Under the pieces are notes generated by a model that saw only the letters and a program-made list of their open reading frames with translations, ran no database searches and was not told the DNA's origin. From an uncultured Clostridium sp. (GTDB lineage: Bacteria > Bacillota > Clostridia > TANB77 > CAG-508), in NCBI GenBank assembly GCA_947073285.1, contig CAMTJT010000009.1, positions 355-64,354 of the forward strand: DNA of 64,000 bases, in the 5' to 3' direction. The first letter of the stretch is position 1. Every line of letters begins with the position of its first letter. This document shows, one piece after another, positions 40,917 through 50,766 of this stretch. The position numbers were made by a program, and so were the translations under genes.

Positions 40917-41090
40917 TGTATAGGAAAAATCGTAGATTTTTGCTATACAACAAGGTTAGGTTTCCTTAGGCTGTGCAGTTGCGAAGCAACTTGCACAAGT
41001 GTGCGTCGGAAGCTTTGCTTCCGTTAACGCACATCTTTCTTACTAGGAATATAATTTTGCAACTTTTTTGAAATTTTTTCAAAATATATA

Positions 41091-41119
41091 TTGACAATCT
41101 TTTTAAAATTTAGTATACT
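41091..41119 (+). promoter_or_regulatory. Candidate promoter TTGACA-17-TATACT for the tRNA cluster
   Basis: Read directly, 19 bp upstream of the first tRNA. Confidence 0.55.
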
Positions 41120-41137
41120 TAGAAAGTCATCGGAAAT

Positions 41138-41213
41138 GGGCGCATAGCTCAGCTGGGAGAGCATCTGCCTTACAAGCAGGAGGTCATAGGTTCGAGCCCT
41201 ATTGCGCCCACCA
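41138..41213 (+). tRNA. tRNA-Val (anticodon TAC), CCA encoded
   Basis: Cloverleaf folded by hand: acceptor gggcgca/tgcgccc, anticodon loop cttacaa, T-arm ggttcgagcc. Confidence 0.9.
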
Positions 41214-41280
41214 TTTCTAAAAATATTTAGGAATACTAAATATTTTTTTGCCTAAAAAATACCATATGGTATTGATTTAC

Positions 41281-41357
41281 GGCCTGGTAGTTCAGTTGGT
41301 TAGAACGCTAGCCTGTCACGCTAGAGGTCGACGGTTCGAGCCCGTTCCAGGTCGCCA
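41281..41357 (+). tRNA. tRNA-Asp (anticodon GTC), CCA encoded
   Basis: Anticodon stem ctagc/gctag with loop ctgtcac; T-loop ggttcgagcc. Confidence 0.9.
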
Positions 41358-41422
41358 TTTTTTTATATATACATAAATAAATAGTAGATTATTTACTATA
41401 GTACTAATTTGAATAAATATAT

Positions 41423-41498
41423 GCCTTTATAGCTCAGTTGGTAGAGCAAGGGACTGAAAATCCCTGTGTCGGTGGTTCGATTCCACCTGAAGGCACCA
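41423..41498 (+). tRNA. tRNA-Phe (anticodon GAA), CCA encoded
   Basis: Anticodon stem aggga/tccct with loop ctgaaaa; T-loop ggttcgattcc. Confidence 0.9.
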
Positions 41499-41577
41499 AC
41501 TGAGGAGAAGACCTCAGTAGCGTAACTTTGCTCTTACTTAGAGTAAAGAAGATTGCTGTATAGAAGAATACAGCAAC

Positions 41578-41615
41578 AAATCCCCTGATATGTAACATAT
41601 CAGGGGATTTGTTTT
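41578..41615 (+). terminator. Rho-independent terminator (aaatcccctgatatg/catatcaggggattt plus T-run)
   Basis: Read directly. Confidence 0.8.
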
Positions 41616-41816
41616 AGTTTAAGAAAAAAAGATAGAAGTATAAACAGATAATATATAAGAGGTTGTCATCATACAAGTAGCAACTCCTTTTACATTAATT
41701 TTTAAAATAATTGTTTTTATGCTAACTTTATGATATAAATAAGTAAAATGGAGATTTGTAAGGAAAAAATGAAAGTAATAAAAGTAAAAAGCTACAGAAA
41801 GGAAATGAAGTAAAAA

Positions 41817-43394
41817 ATGAATAAAAAAGCAAAAGAAATCTTAATAGTAGTAGTGATTTTAATACTACAAACTGTATTGTATGTAGTAGCTGGAACACAA
41901 AAAGTATATATTCATATGGATGAAGCTTATTCTTTAGGATTAGCAAGTTATGATAAAACAGAAATACAAGCAAACGATGATTTTTATGATAATTGGCATA
42001 CTAAGGAATATTATGAAGATTATTTAGTAGTTAATGAAGACGAAAGAGGAAACTATAAACCAGTATATGAAAATCAAAAAAATGATGTTCATCCACCGTT
42101 ATATTATTTGCTATTAAGAATTGCAATGGGATTTAATATAGGTCATTATTCAAAATGGCCAGGAATAGTTGTTAATCTTATAATACATTTATTTATTACA
42201 ATATTTATGTATTTGATTTTGCAAAAATTGTTAAAAGGGCATGAAAAAGTAAAAGAAAAATCTATCTTACTAGCATTTATATCTTCAATGACAATCGCAT
42301 CTTTATCAACAGTTTTATACATTAGAATGTATTCTTTAGCAACTTTAAACATTGTAATTACTACTTTTTTACATATGAAATTATATGAAAGTGAAAAAAT
42401 AAATATAAAATTGCTAATAAGCATAGGAATTGCTGCACTAGTAGGAGTTCTAACACATTACTATTATGTATTTTTCTTAGGCATGCTATATATCATATTT
42501 GCAATAAAATATATCAAACAAAAACAATATAAACAATTAATAAGTTATACAGTCACAATGTGTATAGCAGCAGGAGTTTCACTAATTATATGGCCACATT
42601 CTATTACACATATGTTTTTTGGTTACAGAGGGCAAGGCGCAATAGATAATTTAGGAAATATATCAAAATTCTTTATTAATATAGCTAACTATTTAGTAAC
42701 AAAACTTAACTATTTTGGATTTAATAACTTGTTACTATTAATTTTAATTATGTTAGTGGGATTTTATATTTATAAAAGAAAGTCAGGAAAAAAAGAAATT
42801 AAAACAAATAAAAGTGAACTAGCTAAAATAATTGCAATTCCATCTATCTTTTATTTTATTATAGTTTCTATAGCATCACCATGGATAGAATTAAGGTATA
42901 TCATGCCAGTATGTGGGTTAATATTTAGTTTAGTAATTTACTATTTATATACATTAATTAGCAGTATTTATCAAGAAAAAGTAAGTAATATTATTATAGG
43001 GGCTTTGCTAATTACAACTCTAATTTCACCATTCGTTTTTAAAATAGAGCCAGAAGTATGGTTTAGTGATAAAAAAGAAATAGTAAATCAATTAGCAAAT
43101 GAACTAAATGTACCAACAGTATTCTTCTTTAATTCAAGCCATAACAGGTTTTTAGATGATATTCTTTTATTTGCTACAGTGGATAATTCTTATGTAGCAA
43201 AAGACTTAGAATATACACAAGAAAATATACAAAACATACTTAAAAATCAAGATATATCAAAAGGCATAGTAGTTTTTATCAATGGAGGGCAAGAAAATGA
43301 TGCTATATTAAATATTGTCAAACAAGCTATGAACTTTGAAGAAGTAAAATATTTAAAAAGATTAAATGCGTGTGATGTTTATTACGTTAAGTAA
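41817..43394 (+). CDS. GT-C fold membrane glycosyltransferase (GT39/ArnT-like)
   Basis: About 12 TM segments. The first-loop acidic motif (HMDEAYS) and HPPLYY are typical of the family. Confidence 0.65.
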   Translation: MNKKAKEILIVVVILILQTVLYVVAGTQKVYIHMDEAYSLGLASYDKTEIQANDDFYDNWHTKEYYEDYLVVNEDERGNYKPVYENQKNDVHPPLYYLLLRIAMGFNIGHYSKWPGIVVNLIIHLFITIFMYLILQKLLKGHEKVKEKSILLAFISSMTIASLSTVLYIRMYSLATLNIVITTFLHMKLYESEKINIKLLISIGIAALVGVLTHYYYVFFLGMLYIIFAIKYIKQKQYKQLISYTVTMCIAAGVSLIIWPHSITHMFFGYRGQGAIDNLGNISKFFINIANYLVTKLNYFGFNNLLLLILIMLVGFYIYKRKSGKKEIKTNKSELAKIIAIPSIFYFIIVSIASPWIELRYIMPVCGLIFSLVIYYLYTLISSIYQEKVSNIIIGALLITTLISPFVFKIEPEVWFSDKKEIVNQLANELNVPTVFFFNSSHNRFLDDILLFATVDNSYVAKDLEYTQENIQNILKNQDISKGIVVFINGGQENDAILNIVKQAMNFEEVKYLKRLNACDVYYVK

Positions 43395-43547
43395 ATTTTT
43401 TAAATATCTTGCATTTTTTAAAAAAATATGATAGTATACTAAATGTAACTTAAAGAAATTTAGGTAAATTACCTTTTACTTGGTTTAAGGGTAATATACT
43501 CCACTTAAACTCAGTTTTAGGAGAATTAAATTAAAGGAGGAAATACA

Positions 43548-43811
43548 ATGACAAAAGAAAGAAAACAAGAAATCATTAATACTTATAAAAGAGAGGAAAA
43601 TGATACTGGTTCACCAGAAGTTCAAATCGCACTTTTAACAGAAAGAATTAATGAATTAACAGAACACTTAAAAGTACATGTAAAAGACAATCACTCTAGA
43701 AGAGGTCTTTTAAAAATGGTAGGTTCTAGAAGAAACTTACTTAACTACTTAGCAAAAAAAGATGTTCAAAGATATAGAGACATTGTTGAAAAATTAGGTT
43801 TAAGAAAATAA
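43548..43811 (+). CDS. rpsO: 30S ribosomal protein S15
   Basis: [43 protein letters not shown]. Confidence 0.95.
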   Translation: MTKERKQEIINTYKREENDTGSPEVQIALLTERINELTEHLKVHVKDNHSRRGLLKMVGSRRNLLNYLAKKDVQRYRDIVEKLGLRK

Positions 43812-43817
43812 ATAATT

Positions 43818-43852
43818 TTGGACGTTTTGCAAAAAGCGAAACGTCCAATTTT
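43818..43852 (+). terminator. Rho-independent terminator (ttggacgttt/aaacgtccaa plus TTTT)
   Basis: Read directly. Confidence 0.8.
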
Positions 43853-44250
43853 GCATGCTAAACTAATAAAATAGCTAATTAGTAAAAGCATCATTTATTT
43901 TTATGTAATTAAAAAACAAAAATTGTATGGATAGTAATCAAAAAACAAACAAATACTAAATTTAAGATTTCAAATAATACCTAAAATTAGTTAGTTAGCT
44001 TGTACTATGTGCTAAAACGCAATATGTAGTTTGCGTAATTACTTTTTTTAATTTCATAGAAAATTGCATCTTTAACAATATTAAAAGCAACTTTTATGAA
44101 AAAAAGTTAAAAACTTAGAGGTAGCTATCTAAAAAACGAGAAAAATTAGCATATAATAGAGGCTTACGCTAATTTGGTATTATTTAAAATAAAGACAAGC
44201 AGTTTTAAAATGCTATGTCAATTTAAGAAAAAAGAAAGGAAGAAAAAATT

Positions 44251-46365
44251 ATGTTTAAAACTTATGAAACCGAATTAGCAGGAAGAAAACTAACAATAGA
44301 AACAGGCAAAATTGCAGAACTTGCAAATGGAAGTGTAATGGTACGTTATGGAGAAACCGTTGTTATGGTAAATGTAACAGCAGCAAAAGAACCAAAAGAG
44401 GGAATAGACTTTTTCCCATTATCAGTAGATTACGAAGAAAAACTATATTCTGTTGGAAAAATTCCAGGTAGCTTTACCAAAAGAGAAGGAAAACCAGCAG
44501 ATAAAGCAATACTTACATCAAGAGCAATAGATAGACCACTAAGACCACTATTTCCAAAAGATTTTAGAAATGATACTTGTGTAGTAGCAACAGTATTATC
44601 AGTAGAACCAGATAATAGCCCAGAAGTTTGTGCCATGATTGGTGCATCAGCTGCATTATCAATTTCAGATATTCCATTTGGAGGGCCAACAGCAGCAGTA
44701 AATGTAGGTTATGTAGATGACAAAATTGTTATTAATCCAACTTTAGCACAAAGAGAAAAAACAAGATTAACACTTACCGTTGCAGGAACTTTAGAAAAAA
44801 TCACAATGATAGAAGCAGGTGCAGATGAAATATCTAACGAAATTATGTTAGAAGCAATTAAACAAGCACATGAAGAAATCAAAAAGATTTGTCATTTTAT
44901 TACCAAAATAAAAGATGAAATAGGAAAACCAAAATTTGAATATAAATCATTTGCAACAGATAAAGAAGTATATAGTGAAATAGAAACAAATTTCAAAGAT
45001 AGAATGTATCAAGATGTACAAGCAGTAGATAAAACTGTTAGAGATGCTAATATAGAAAAAATTACACAAGACATTACAAACTACTTTATAGAAAAATATG
45101 GTGAAGAAGTAGCAGAAGAAAAGAAAACAGACATCGCAGACAGTATTCATGATTTAGAAAAAGCATGTGTTAGACAAATGATATTAGAAGAACATAAACG
45201 TCCAGATGGTAGAAAGATAGATGAAATAAGACCACTTTCTTGCGAAGTAGGATTACTTCCAAGAGTTCATGGTAGTGGTATTTTTACAAGAGGTCAAACA
45301 CAAGTAATGTCTATTGTAACACTTGGAATGAAAAGTGAAGAACAAATGCTAGATGGCTTAGATGAAGAAGATGCTAAAAGATATATGCACCAATATAACT
45401 TCCCACCATATAGCGTAGGAGAAGCAAGAACATCACGTGGACCAGGAAGAAGAGAAGTAGGACATGGAGCTTTAGCAGAAAAAGCATTAGTACCAGTTAT
45501 TCCATCAGAAGATGAATTTCCATATGCAATTCGTGTTGTATCAGAAGTACTTTCTTCTAATGGTTCAACATCACAAGCAAGTATATGTGGAAGTACTTTA
45601 GCATTAATGGATGCAGGTGTACCAATTAAAAAGCCAGTAGCAGGTATTTCAACAGGTTTAGTAACAGATAAAAATGATCCAAGCAGATATATTATGCTTA
45701 CTGATATTCAAGGAATTGAAGACTTCTTTGGAGATATGGATTTTAAAGTAGGTGGAACTAAAGACGGAATTACAGCAATTCAAGTAGATATTAAAATAGA
45801 TGGTTTAACCTATGATATTATCAAAGAAGCATTTGAAAGAACAAAAGTAGCAAGAGATTATATCTTAGATGAAGTAATGTTACCAGTAATTAGTAAACCA
45901 AGAGAAGATATTTCAAAATATGCACCAAGAATTATGACTGCTACTATTAGCACAGAAAAAATTAAAGATGTTATCGGACCTGGAGGAAAAATGATTAATA
46001 AAATCATTGATGAAACAGGTGTTAAAATTGATATTAATGAGGATGGAAAAGTATGTGTTTATAGTACTGATACAGCAAGTGGTAAAAAAGCAATGGATAT
46101 GATTTTAGATGTTGCTAAAATTATTGAAGAAGGTGGAATATACAATGGAACAGTTACTAGAATTATGTCATTTGGAGCATTTATTGATTTAGGTGGAGGA
46201 AATGAAGGATTATTACACATTTCTAAAATTTCTAGTAAAAGAGTAGAAAAAGTAGAAGATGTATTAAACATTGGAGATGAAGTTACTGTAAAAGTTTCTG
46301 AAATTGATAATCAAGGTAGAATTAACTTAAACATGAAAGATTTAGAAGCTAAAGAAAATAACTAA
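44251..46365 (+). CDS. pnp: Polyribonucleotide nucleotidyltransferase (PNPase)
   Basis: Two RNase PH domains, KH (IKDVIGPGGKMINKI) and S1 (GTVTRIMSFGAFIDL). Confidence 0.95.
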   Translation: MFKTYETELAGRKLTIETGKIAELANGSVMVRYGETVVMVNVTAAKEPKEGIDFFPLSVDYEEKLYSVGKIPGSFTKREGKPADKAILTSRAIDRPLRPLFPKDFRNDTCVVATVLSVEPDNSPEVCAMIGASAALSISDIPFGGPTAAVNVGYVDDKIVINPTLAQREKTRLTLTVAGTLEKITMIEAGADEISNEIMLEAIKQAHEEIKKICHFITKIKDEIGKPKFEYKSFATDKEVYSEIETNFKDRMYQDVQAVDKTVRDANIEKITQDITNYFIEKYGEEVAEEKKTDIADSIHDLEKACVRQMILEEHKRPDGRKIDEIRPLSCEVGLLPRVHGSGIFTRGQTQVMSIVTLGMKSEEQMLDGLDEEDAKRYMHQYNFPPYSVGEARTSRGPGRREVGHGALAEKALVPVIPSEDEFPYAIRVVSEVLSSNGSTSQASICGSTLALMDAGVPIKKPVAGISTGLVTDKNDPSRYIMLTDIQGIEDFFGDMDFKVGGTKDGITAIQVDIKIDGLTYDIIKEAFERTKVARDYILDEVMLPVISKPREDISKYAPRIMTATISTEKIKDVIGPGGKMINKIIDETGVKIDINEDGKVCVYSTDTASGKKAMDMILDVAKIIEEGGIYNGTVTRIMSFGAFIDLGGGNEGLLHISKISSKRVEKVEDVLNIGDEVTVKVSEIDNQGRINLNMKDLEAKENN

Positions 46366-46512
46366 GTTTAGATATATTATCTAAATATTTTCTTAAGAAA
46401 AACTTAAATCCGTAAGAAAAAGTTGCAAAAAAGAAAAGATAATAGTATAATTAATAATGTCAAAAAACAAAGCATACAATATAAAAGCTAGAAATATAAA
46501 AGGAGAGAAAAA

Positions 46513-47760
46513 ATGGAATATTTATACATCATACAACAAGCATTAGTATGGATTATAACAATATTCTGGTTTTATCAATTAGCAATTAGTGTTTGTTCAT
46601 TAGTAAAATTAAAAGACAAACCTATGCTAGTCAATAAAAATCATAGATTCATGGCAATTATACCAGCACACAATGAAGAAAATGTGGTAGCAGAATTAAT
46701 AGAAAGTTTAAAAAGGCAAAAATATCCAAAAGAACTTTTAGATATCTATGTAATTGCAGATAACTGCACAGATAATACTGCCAATGTTGCAAGAAATGCA
46801 GGTGCAATTGTATATGAAAGATTTGATCCAGGTAAAAAAACAAAAGGGTATGCATTAAATTGGTTTTTAAAACAAAAAATTGAAGAAGATGCTCCTTATG
46901 ATGCATTTTGTATCTTTGATGCAGATAATATTGTAGAACAAAACTTTATTCAAAATATGAATAAAAAACTTTGTCAAGGTGAAGACGTTGTTCAAGGATA
47001 TAGAGATATTAAAAACCCTACAGATAACTGGATAACAGCAGGGTATGCAATCTTTTATTGGACAATGAACCGTTTTTACCACTTAGCAAGATACAATGTA
47101 GGGCTATCACCATTAATCAATGGTACTGGCTTTATGGTAAAATTTGATTGTATCAAACCAAATGGATGGGAAACAAAAACCTTAACAGAAGATATTGAAT
47201 TTTCTTTAAAGAGAATTATCAAAGGTAGAAAGTTAGGATGGGCAACAGATGCCATTGTTTTTGATGAACAACCTTTAGGGTTTAAACAAAGTTGGAAACA
47301 AAGAACTAGATGGACAGTTGGGCATATACAATGTATGAAAGAATATACAAAGCCACTAGCAGTAGCTATTAAAGAACACAAAACAGTAATGAATGTAGAT
47401 GGGTTTTTATATATTATTGGTAGTATACCAATGTTTGTAGCAACACTTGTATTATTACTTTTAAACTTTATTATGTATGCAGGTCAAGGAATGACAACTA
47501 CTGACTTTGTAATTAATATTCTAAGATATTTAATACCAACATTTTTGCTACCAATTGGAACAGCAGTATTAATTATGTTATTAGATAAAAGACCAATCAA
47601 ACCAATGGTAAAAGGATTAGTATGTTATCCATTATTCCTAGGATCTTGGATATTAATAAACTTTAAGTGTTTATTCAAAAGAGATACTAGTTGGGAGAAG
47701 ATTGAGCATATTAGAAAAATTGCAATACAAGAAGTATCAGCAGAAAAAGTTGAAAATTAA
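46513..47760 (+). CDS. Membrane-embedded family 2 glycosyltransferase (processive synthase-like)
   Basis: IIPAHNEE, DAD, and a Q-R-x-R-W motif (WKQRTRWTVG), flanked by TM segments. Confidence 0.8.
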   Translation: MEYLYIIQQALVWIITIFWFYQLAISVCSLVKLKDKPMLVNKNHRFMAIIPAHNEENVVAELIESLKRQKYPKELLDIYVIADNCTDNTANVARNAGAIVYERFDPGKKTKGYALNWFLKQKIEEDAPYDAFCIFDADNIVEQNFIQNMNKKLCQGEDVVQGYRDIKNPTDNWITAGYAIFYWTMNRFYHLARYNVGLSPLINGTGFMVKFDCIKPNGWETKTLTEDIEFSLKRIIKGRKLGWATDAIVFDEQPLGFKQSWKQRTRWTVGHIQCMKEYTKPLAVAIKEHKTVMNVDGFLYIIGSIPMFVATLVLLLLNFIMYAGQGMTTTDFVINILRYLIPTFLLPIGTAVLIMLLDKRPIKPMVKGLVCYPLFLGSWILINFKCLFKRDTSWEKIEHIRKIAIQEVSAEKVEN

Positions 47761-47780
47761 TAGAAAAAATAAAAGAAAAA

Positions 47781-47818
47781 GAGAACCTCTCTTGCCAAAA
47801 GAGGACGGTTCTCTTTTT
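47781..47818 (+). terminator. Rho-independent terminator (gagaacc...ggttctc plus T5)
   Basis: Read directly. Confidence 0.75.
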
Positions 47819-47913
47819 ACATAAAGTATAATCAGCATGGTAATTAAAAAATGAAAAATAAAGCAGATAATATAAAGAAAATTTTATAAAGGAAAAATAA
47901 AAAGGAGTAATAC

Positions 47914-48585
47914 ATGAACAAAATGTGGAAGAGGGTATTTATGATAGGAACAGTTAGCATATTAGTTATTTTAATAGTATTATTAACTATTAATTTTTTT
48001 GTAGTTGGTAGCACAAAATCAAAAGTCATTTTGGAAGAAGAGGCAAGCAAGCTAGAAAATGTAGATTGCATTATTGTTTTAGGGGCAGGAATTTGGCAAA
48101 ATAAACCAAGCCCAATGTTAGAAGATAGATTGTTACAAGGAATAGCATTATATCAAAATGGTACTTCAAATAAAATAATTATGAGTGGTGACCATGGGCA
48201 AGAAGACTATGATGAAGTAAATGTAATGAAAAACTTTGCCATAGAAAAAGGCGTTGAATCTGAAGATATATTTATGGATCATGCAGGTTTTTCAACTTAT
48301 GATAGTATTTATAGGGCAAAAGATATCTTTGAAGCAAAAAAGATTGTTATTGTTACACAAGAATATCATTTGTATAGGGCGTTATATATTGCAAAACAAT
48401 TAGGAATAGAAGCCTATGGAGTAAAGTCAAATCCTAGAAAATATTCAGGACAAGTTGTAAGAGAAATAAGGGAAATAGCAGCAAGAAATAAAGATTGGTT
48501 TTCCTGTATTTTTAAACCGACTCCAAAATATTTAGGAGAAACTATACCTGTTAGTGGCAATGGAGATAGTACAAATGATAAGTAG
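47914..48585 (+). CDS. SanA/YdcF (DUF218) family protein
   Basis: N-terminal TM segment, VDCIIVLGAG, IIMSGDHG, VTQEYHLYRALYIA. Confidence 0.75.
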   Translation: MNKMWKRVFMIGTVSILVILIVLLTINFFVVGSTKSKVILEEEASKLENVDCIIVLGAGIWQNKPSPMLEDRLLQGIALYQNGTSNKIIMSGDHGQEDYDEVNVMKNFAIEKGVESEDIFMDHAGFSTYDSIYRAKDIFEAKKIVIVTQEYHLYRALYIAKQLGIEAYGVKSNPRKYSGQVVREIREIAARNKDWFSCIFKPTPKYLGETIPVSGNGDSTNDK

Positions 48586-48667
48586 TAGGAAAATGTATAT
48601 ACTACCATAAATCGAAGAGATTTCATGCTAGATATTTTGGAATTCTATCTTTCGTGAGACAAAAAGG

Positions 48668-48703
48668 AACTCCTATTTTGAAATATGTTTCAAAATAGGA
48701 GTT
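48668..48703. terminator. Bidirectional terminator hairpin (aactcctattttgaaa/tttcaaaataggagtt) between convergent genes
   Basis: Perfect 16-bp stem with T-runs on both strands. Confidence 0.8.
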
Positions 48704-48723
48704 TCTTTTAAACTAATTTTAGT

Positions 48724-49002
48724 TTAAAGTTGGTACGAAAAAACTAGTCGGTAAGTGCCATTGACAGTTGAAAGTTCTGCATATAAATTTCCTGAGCAAG
48801 AGTAAGTACATTCTTTAGAACTTGTAGAAAGATAAAATTTACAAGTATCTTCAGGAATGTTTTTTACCTGTACATCTACTTGGTGAAAATAGCATAAGGG
48901 AAAATCAATTGTTTCGTTAGGCTGAAGTGTAACAGATTGCTCTTTGGGAAGATAGGGAGCAAAAATTTCCAAAACTTGCGATGTTTGGTTTACTAAGTCC
49001 AT
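48724..49002 (-). CDS. Hypothetical 92-aa protein
   Basis: ggagg RBS upstream of ATG 49002. No family recognised. Confidence 0.5.
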   Translation of the reverse strand: MDLVNQTSQVLEIFAPYLPKEQSVTLQPNETIDFPLCYFHQVDVQVKNIPEDTCKFYLSTSSKECTYSCSGNLYAELSTVNGTYRLVFSYQL

Positions 49003-49077
49003 AAATAAGTACCTCCAAAAAGTTATGAAAATATTATACCAAATTTAACATAATATTGCAACTTTAAAAAGTGACAA

Positions 49078-50610
49078 TTAAATTTCTTTTTGCTTTTTCG
49101 TAATATTAAAATTTAAAAACTTTCCTTTAACTGCAATAGAGGCTAATGGAATAAGTACAATGATATAAGGAATGATATATCTTGATTTAGCTTCCCATAA
49201 TATGTGGAAAGCAAAACCACCAATAAAAATAGTTAATAAAAACAATACTTCTAAAGATAAGTTTTTTCTATTTTGCATTAATACAACAATACTACATAAG
49301 CAAATCATTAGTAATAGTACTTTTTGATAAAAAATCAAAGGTTTCGTATAGCTTTGTAAAAGGCTTGGGTTATTACTCCAAATGCTAGAATAAGTATTTT
49401 CAGTCCACATAGAAGAAATTTTAGAACCATAGAAAAAGGCTGTATAAAGTGGATGCCCTATAAGGTAGTTTACACGTTCTTTTAAAGTAATTTTATATTC
49501 TTCTTTTGCTGCTTCAGGATGTTTTAAAGCATATTCTCCAATACTTTCATTATACCAACCGCTTGCTCTATAGCTTTGCTCCATTGCCATAAGAAAATAG
49601 CTAATATTTGGATATGCTTTAGACTTATCCAAATCATACTTATTTAAATAATAATTTTTAACCATAGTAGAAGGAAGAATTGTAATGGCAATATAAATAA
49701 CAATCATAGAAAACTTTAGTAAATTTTCTTTCCAAGTTCTTTTAAAAGTTTCTTTATTTAATAAATCAAATAACAAATACATAGTAGTAGCAATTACAAA
49801 AATTAAAGCATTCATTCTTGCTAAATAACCTATCATAGAGCAAAAGCTTGCCAATAAGCAGAACTTCAATTTTTTAGTTTCTACATATTTCATCATAAAA
49901 TAAACACAAAGTAAGCAAAAAGCTAAACTTGGAAAATCACCATAAATAAAGGTAGATAACATAGGTAGTGGCAAAAAAGTTAATATTAAAATACATAATA
50001 AAACTTTGTTAGTGACATATTTTTTAGCTAATTGATGGCTAATTTTAAAAATAGCAAATACAATAAAAAAAATAGAAATGATATTAAAAACTTTCAAAAA
50101 TTCAATATTATCAAAATGAATAAGTTTAAACAAAAGACTAAATAAAAAAGCTAATGGAATTTGGTGTTGATAACCTTGAATATATTCGCTTAGTGGAATA
50201 TTAACATAAGTATTTTTAGATAGTAGATGCTCATTAGCACTATTATAAAAAACTTGAGCCAAATTGCCTACACAAATTTGATCTGCTCCAACAGTAGGTT
50301 TAATAGTAAGTGTCCACAAAATAGTAAAGGCAATATAAATAGCGCAAACAGAAGTAAGTAGAACTTTTCTTATATGCTTTTTAAAAGGAGTATTTTCTGC
50401 ATATAAATATTTATTTAGTAAATTTGAAATAACAAATAACCCCAATCCTACTAAAGCAAGACCAATAATGTAAAAGAAAGAATTAAGGCTGAAAACAACA
50501 CGTTCAGCAGAGCCTAAATTAGCAGTAAGAAATATATTAAAAACAACAATAGTTACTAAAAATGCTATTCCAATAAAAAAGATTATTTTTTTCAATTTAT
50601 TTTCCCCCAA
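49078..50610 (-). CDS. Polytopic membrane protein, GT-C/ArnT-like glycosyltransferase (tentative)
   Basis: 510 aa with about 12 TM segments. Its architecture resembles 41817..43394. Confidence 0.55.
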   Translation of the reverse strand: MGENKLKKIIFFIGIAFLVTIVVFNIFLTANLGSAERVVFSLNSFFYIIGLALVGLGLFVISNLLNKYLYAENTPFKKHIRKVLLTSVCAIYIAFTILWTLTIKPTVGADQICVGNLAQVFYNSANEHLLSKNTYVNIPLSEYIQGYQHQIPLAFLFSLLFKLIHFDNIEFLKVFNIISIFFIVFAIFKISHQLAKKYVTNKVLLCILILTFLPLPMLSTFIYGDFPSLAFCLLCVYFMMKYVETKKLKFCLLASFCSMIGYLARMNALIFVIATTMYLLFDLLNKETFKRTWKENLLKFSMIVIYIAITILPSTMVKNYYLNKYDLDKSKAYPNISYFLMAMEQSYRASGWYNESIGEYALKHPEAAKEEYKITLKERVNYLIGHPLYTAFFYGSKISSMWTENTYSSIWSNNPSLLQSYTKPLIFYQKVLLLMICLCSIVVLMQNRKNLSLEVLFLLTIFIGGFAFHILWEAKSRYIIPYIIVLIPLASIAVKGKFLNFNITKKQKEI

Positions 50611-50766
50611 TATTCATTATGTAGGAATTATAACATATATAATTAAGAAAAGAAAGTCTGAATACTACAAATCCCCTTGTGTAAAAAAAACGTATATGAT
50701 AAAATGTAAAAAGTTTAAGCAAGAAGTGGATATGATAGTCTAGTAGAATAGAAGGGAGAAAATCAA

